Source: Klebsiella pneumoniae
GTDB taxonomy: Bacteria > Pseudomonadota > Gammaproteobacteria > Burkholderiales > UBA3065
Direction: 5' to 3'
Length of the DNA: 64,000 bases
Assembly (NCBI GenBank): GCA_945897555.1
Contig: CAMDGF010000001.1
Coordinates: forward strand, 54,866-118,865
The stretch's first letter is position 1, and the number at the start of each line of letters is the position of its first letter. The position numbers and the translations under genes were made by a program. The notes under the pieces were generated by a model. It was not told the origin of the DNA. It ran no database searches and saw only the letters and a program-made list of their open reading frames with translations. Positions 61,304-64,000 of the stretch are shown piece by piece.

Positions 61304-61869
61304 CGCGCGGCCTTTGCAACGTGCGCCCCAGGCTGCGGCTCGACCAGCATCCGCGCGAACGCGCCGGCATTGGTGTGGCCGAAGGCTGTGAGTTCGACGC
61401 GCTGCCCGGTGGCCAGGTCGGTGAGCACGAGCAGACCGGCGTCGAGCGAGAGCTGGAAGGGCTCGGCCACACCCTTGCCAAGCCGCCGACGCTCACGCGC
61501 CATGCCACGCAGGATGCCGCGGATGAAACCGGCCTCACCGACCACGCGATACACCTCGATGCCGCTGTCGGCATCGAGCACACGGACCGATTTGTCCCCG
61601 GCGTCGAGAAAGCGCAACTTGCGCTGGCCGACGGTCTTGAGCACCGGTGGATCTACGGTGGCGACGGTCATCGGCACGCTTGCAGAAGCCAGCGTCGCCC
61701 CCCCAGCACTGTGAAGCTGCAGACCCAGCCAGAAACCGAGCGCGGGAAGGACGACGACCGCTGCCACCAGCCAGAGTGGCATCACCCTGACGATCGGATA
61801 GCGCGCGGCGAGGCGCGAACGCCAGCCACCGTTCGCGTCCACGCCCGCAGCAGCGGCCAGGCGCGTCAT
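61300..61869 (-). CDS. puhC: photosynthetic complex assembly protein PuhC
   Basis: ATG at 61869 overlaps the puhB stop. One TM helix, then LRFLDAGDKSVRVLDADSG..GFIRGILRGMARERR, typical of PuhC. An alternative ATG lies at 61782. Confidence 0.7.
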   Translation of the reverse strand: MTRLAAAAGVDANGGWRSRLAARYPIVRVMPLWLVAAVVVLPALGFWLGLQLHSAGGATLASASVPMTVATVDPPVLKTVGQRKLRFLDAGDKSVRVLDADSGIEVYRVVGEAGFIRGILRGMARERRRLGKGVAEPFQLSLDAGLLVLTDLATGQRVELTAFGHTNAGAFARMLVEPQPGAHVAKAAR

Positions 61870-62564
61870 GCCGGTTCTGCCCCGGCCAGAGCGTCGCCGG
61901 TGCCGCGCTTTGGCCTGACCGTCGCGGCCGCTCGGGCCGGCGCGGCTGCTGAGCGTTGCTGCACGACCGACCACGCTTGCCCGAGCAGCGTCGCCACCCG
62001 GCTGGCGTCTGGCAGACAGCGCAGCGCCGGCTCGGGTTGGGTGATGCGCCACGGGCGCGCATGTGGCCACAGGTGCGGGTAGGCGATGCGCTGGCCATCG
62101 GTCAGACGCAGACAGATGTCCCCGGCACCCTGCGCCTGCTGGCGCAGATCGGCTGCGGCCACCTGGCGCAAAGGGATGTTGTAAGTGATACCCAGCACCA
62201 TGCCGATGCGCATCACCACTCGCTTGTCAGTGAGCGTGTACAGCGTGGTGCGCGAGACCGCGACGGCCAGCCCGAAGAGCATGGCCAGCCCGATCAGCGG
62301 CAAGGGCGCGATCTTGAGTGTGGCGATGAGTGCCTCTATCGGGGTCGCGCCATCATGCCAATCCGCGATCAGCTTCCATGCCAGCAGAAGGCCGAAGTAG
62401 GCTGCAACGGCACGGACATGGAAGACTTCGCGCGCCACCAGCCCGATGTCGGGCGCACCCTGCCACAACAGGGTCTCACCGGCCGGAAGTCGCTCTGGCA
62501 GCCCGGGCTCGGGCTCCCAGCCATGCTCGGGGCCGGAGAAATGCTTGTGGTCGAGCCCGCTCAA
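61866..62564 (-). CDS. puhB: photosynthetic complex assembly protein PuhB
   Basis: LPAGETLLWQGAPD motif and two TM helices. The proposed TTG start at 62564 overlaps the puhA stop (TTGA). Start uncertain. Confidence 0.7.
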   Translation of the reverse strand: MSGLDHKHFSGPEHGWEPEPGLPERLPAGETLLWQGAPDIGLVAREVFHVRAVAAYFGLLLAWKLIADWHDGATPIEALIATLKIAPLPLIGLAMLFGLAVAVSRTTLYTLTDKRVVMRIGMVLGITYNIPLRQVAAADLRQQAQGAGDICLRLTDGQRIAYPHLWPHARPWRITQPEPALRCLPDASRVATLLGQAWSVVQQRSAAAPARAAATVRPKRGTGDALAGAEPA

Positions 62565-63328
62565 ATCAGCGGCTCCGCACGGCCCGGCTCGGCGTAGAGC
62601 AGACCACCGCCGAGGTAACCGAAGATCTTTTCCTCTTCGAGCCAAGTGACCTGATCCGGGCTGGCAGTGCGGGGGATGCCGGCGATCTGGCCGCCGAGCA
62701 CAGCACGCACCGTGACACGGTCGCGCTCGACCCGGCACAGGGTCATCGGCACCAGCACGCGATGGCCACCGGCATCGATCTCGACGTAGCGGAACAGGTG
62801 CTCCGAGCGATCGACCCAGAGGTCGGTCACCTTGCCACCCACCACGCCGTCGGCGCCCACCACGTCAAAGCCACGCGGGTCGGTCTCGCCATGATCGATG
62901 GCAAAGCCCTCTGGCTCGGCGACGCGCAAGGGCACGATGCGGACCGCGCCCTCGTAGGTGGTGTCAGGGCGATCGGCACGGGCTGTCCAGGCGCCAGGGC
63001 CGATACCGTCGTACATCGGGTTACCGGTCGGCTCGATCGGTGCGCCGGCAAAGCCTGCGATCGGCTCTGCTGCCGGTGCCGGCTGCTCCCAGTCACGCAT
63101 GTGCGGCGCGAGGTACTCGCTGCCATCCTGCATGACATAGCGCTTGGGCTTGGGCATGGCGATGATGCCGGGGTCTCGGCGACCATTGCGCAGGCCCGAA
63201 TCGAGGGGAAAGCCTTCGCGCTTGCTCTCGTAGATCAGGTAATAGCAGAGGCCAAAAAAGAACACCCAGAACATGTAGATGGCCAGTTGGGCCACATCGA
63301 AGTAGCCGAGGATCGCTCCGTTTCCCAT
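62561..63328 (-). CDS. puhA: photosynthetic reaction centre H subunit
   Basis: 255 aa (FDVAQLAIYMFWVFFFGLCYYLIYESKREGFPL). Confidence 0.92.
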   Translation of the reverse strand: MGNGAILGYFDVAQLAIYMFWVFFFGLCYYLIYESKREGFPLDSGLRNGRRDPGIIAMPKPKRYVMQDGSEYLAPHMRDWEQPAPAAEPIAGFAGAPIEPTGNPMYDGIGPGAWTARADRPDTTYEGAVRIVPLRVAEPEGFAIDHGETDPRGFDVVGADGVVGGKVTDLWVDRSEHLFRYVEIDAGGHRVLVPMTLCRVERDRVTVRAVLGGQIAGIPRTASPDQVTWLEEEKIFGYLGGGLLYAEPGRAEPLI

Positions 63329-63350
63329 TTGTCTTCTCCTTGTCTGCCGG

Positions 63351-64000
63351 TCAGCCGGGGAATTCAGCCAGACCGAACTTGCCTACTGCGGGGGCCCCCT
63401 CCGCCCGGCGACTCCGCACCAGGGGACCGATGACGATCAAACCGCCGAACAAAAGCAACAACTCGAGGCCGTAGACCGTGCCATAGCCGGTCGACGGGTG
63501 ATCCATGGCCTCGCCCAGCACACCCGTGGTGGCGACCGCCGAGACCCAGTCGCGCAGGGCGCCACCGATGGCGATGGCAAGCCCCATGCAGGTCGCTTGC
63601 ACTGCGCCCCAGGCACCCAGAGCCATGCCGGTCAGGCCGTTCTCCTCAAGGCCCATCGCCGCGGTGAGTGTGCCGACCGAGAACAGCCCACCACCGAAGC
63701 CGATGAGCACCACACCCAGCCGGAACAAGGCCGGCGAGTCGAGCGGATCGGCAAAGATGACCGCGGCGAACGCCCACAGGCCACACACCAGGCCGAGGGC
63801 GGCGATGCGATGCGCGTTCACCGAAGCGGCAAGCATGCGCGCAGCCGCCATGAACGCCACCAATGCGCCACCAGCCATGAGCGCCGTGAGCGCCGATGTG
63901 GCCCCGACCGAAAGGCCGAGGACCTCCGCGCCATAGGGCTCAAGCACGATGTCCTGCATATTGAAAGCAGCGGTGCCAAGGCCCAGGGCGACGAGGAAAC
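63351..64000 (-). CDS. lhaA: LhaA/PucC-family MFS protein (LH1 assembly), C-terminal part; runs off the window
   Basis: Multi-TM C-terminal half directly upstream of puhA. The reading frame stays open to the window edge. Confidence 0.8.
   Translation of the reverse strand, partial: FLVALGLGTAAFNMQDIVLEPYGAEVLGLSVGATSALTALMAGGALVAFMAAARMLAASVNAHRIAALGLVCGLWAFAAVIFADPLDSPALFRLGVVLIGFGGGLFSVGTLTAAMGLEENGLTGMALGAWGAVQATCMGLAIAIGGALRDWVSAVATTGVLGEAMDHPSTGYGTVYGLELLLLFGGLIVIGPLVRSRRAEGAPAVGKFGLAEFPG

Overview
Visibly GC-rich chromosomal segment (GC not computed). Gene content and order suggest a phototrophic betaproteobacterium of the Burkholderiales/Rubrivivax type; this is inference and was not checked against any database. 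Most of the window is tightly packed housekeeping DNA. It includes smpB, an mtnA plus class II aldolase pair, a fatty-acid desaturase, and the NAD-linked Mo formate dehydrogenase operon fdsGBA-fdhD-fdsD next to modABC. It also carries an aldehyde dehydrogenase/DUF779 pair, dacC-dat-ybeD-lipB-lipA, mfd, nadE, fnr, CIRCE-controlled groESL, pilT, yggS-proC-yggT, tatABC, tRNA-fMet, recR-ybaB-dnaX and several c-di-GMP/cNMP signalling proteins. The right end (57-64 kb) is the edge of a photosynthesis gene cluster: lhaA-puhA-puhB-puhC-orf124-acsF-puhE-dxs, chained mostly by 4-nt start/stop overlaps. The most unusual region is 45.0-49.9 kb. There, a soxYZ carrier pair sits divergent from a Tat-exported small metallophosphoesterase and a monoheme cytochrome c. 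A DUF1566 lipoprotein, a HiPIP and a stand-alone reaction-centre-type tetraheme cytochrome (PufC family) follow on the same strand. The pufC-like promoter carries two TGT-N12-ACA-type (PpsR/CrtJ-like) palindromes 8 bp apart. No soxB, soxXA or soxCD and no pufLM occur in the window. I propose, as a hypothesis only, a non-canonical periplasmic sulfur-oxidation module wired to the photosynthetic electron chain. I saw no CRISPR array, IS element, integrase or prophage genes. Many long ORFs in the supplied track are antisense artefacts of high GC and were discarded.
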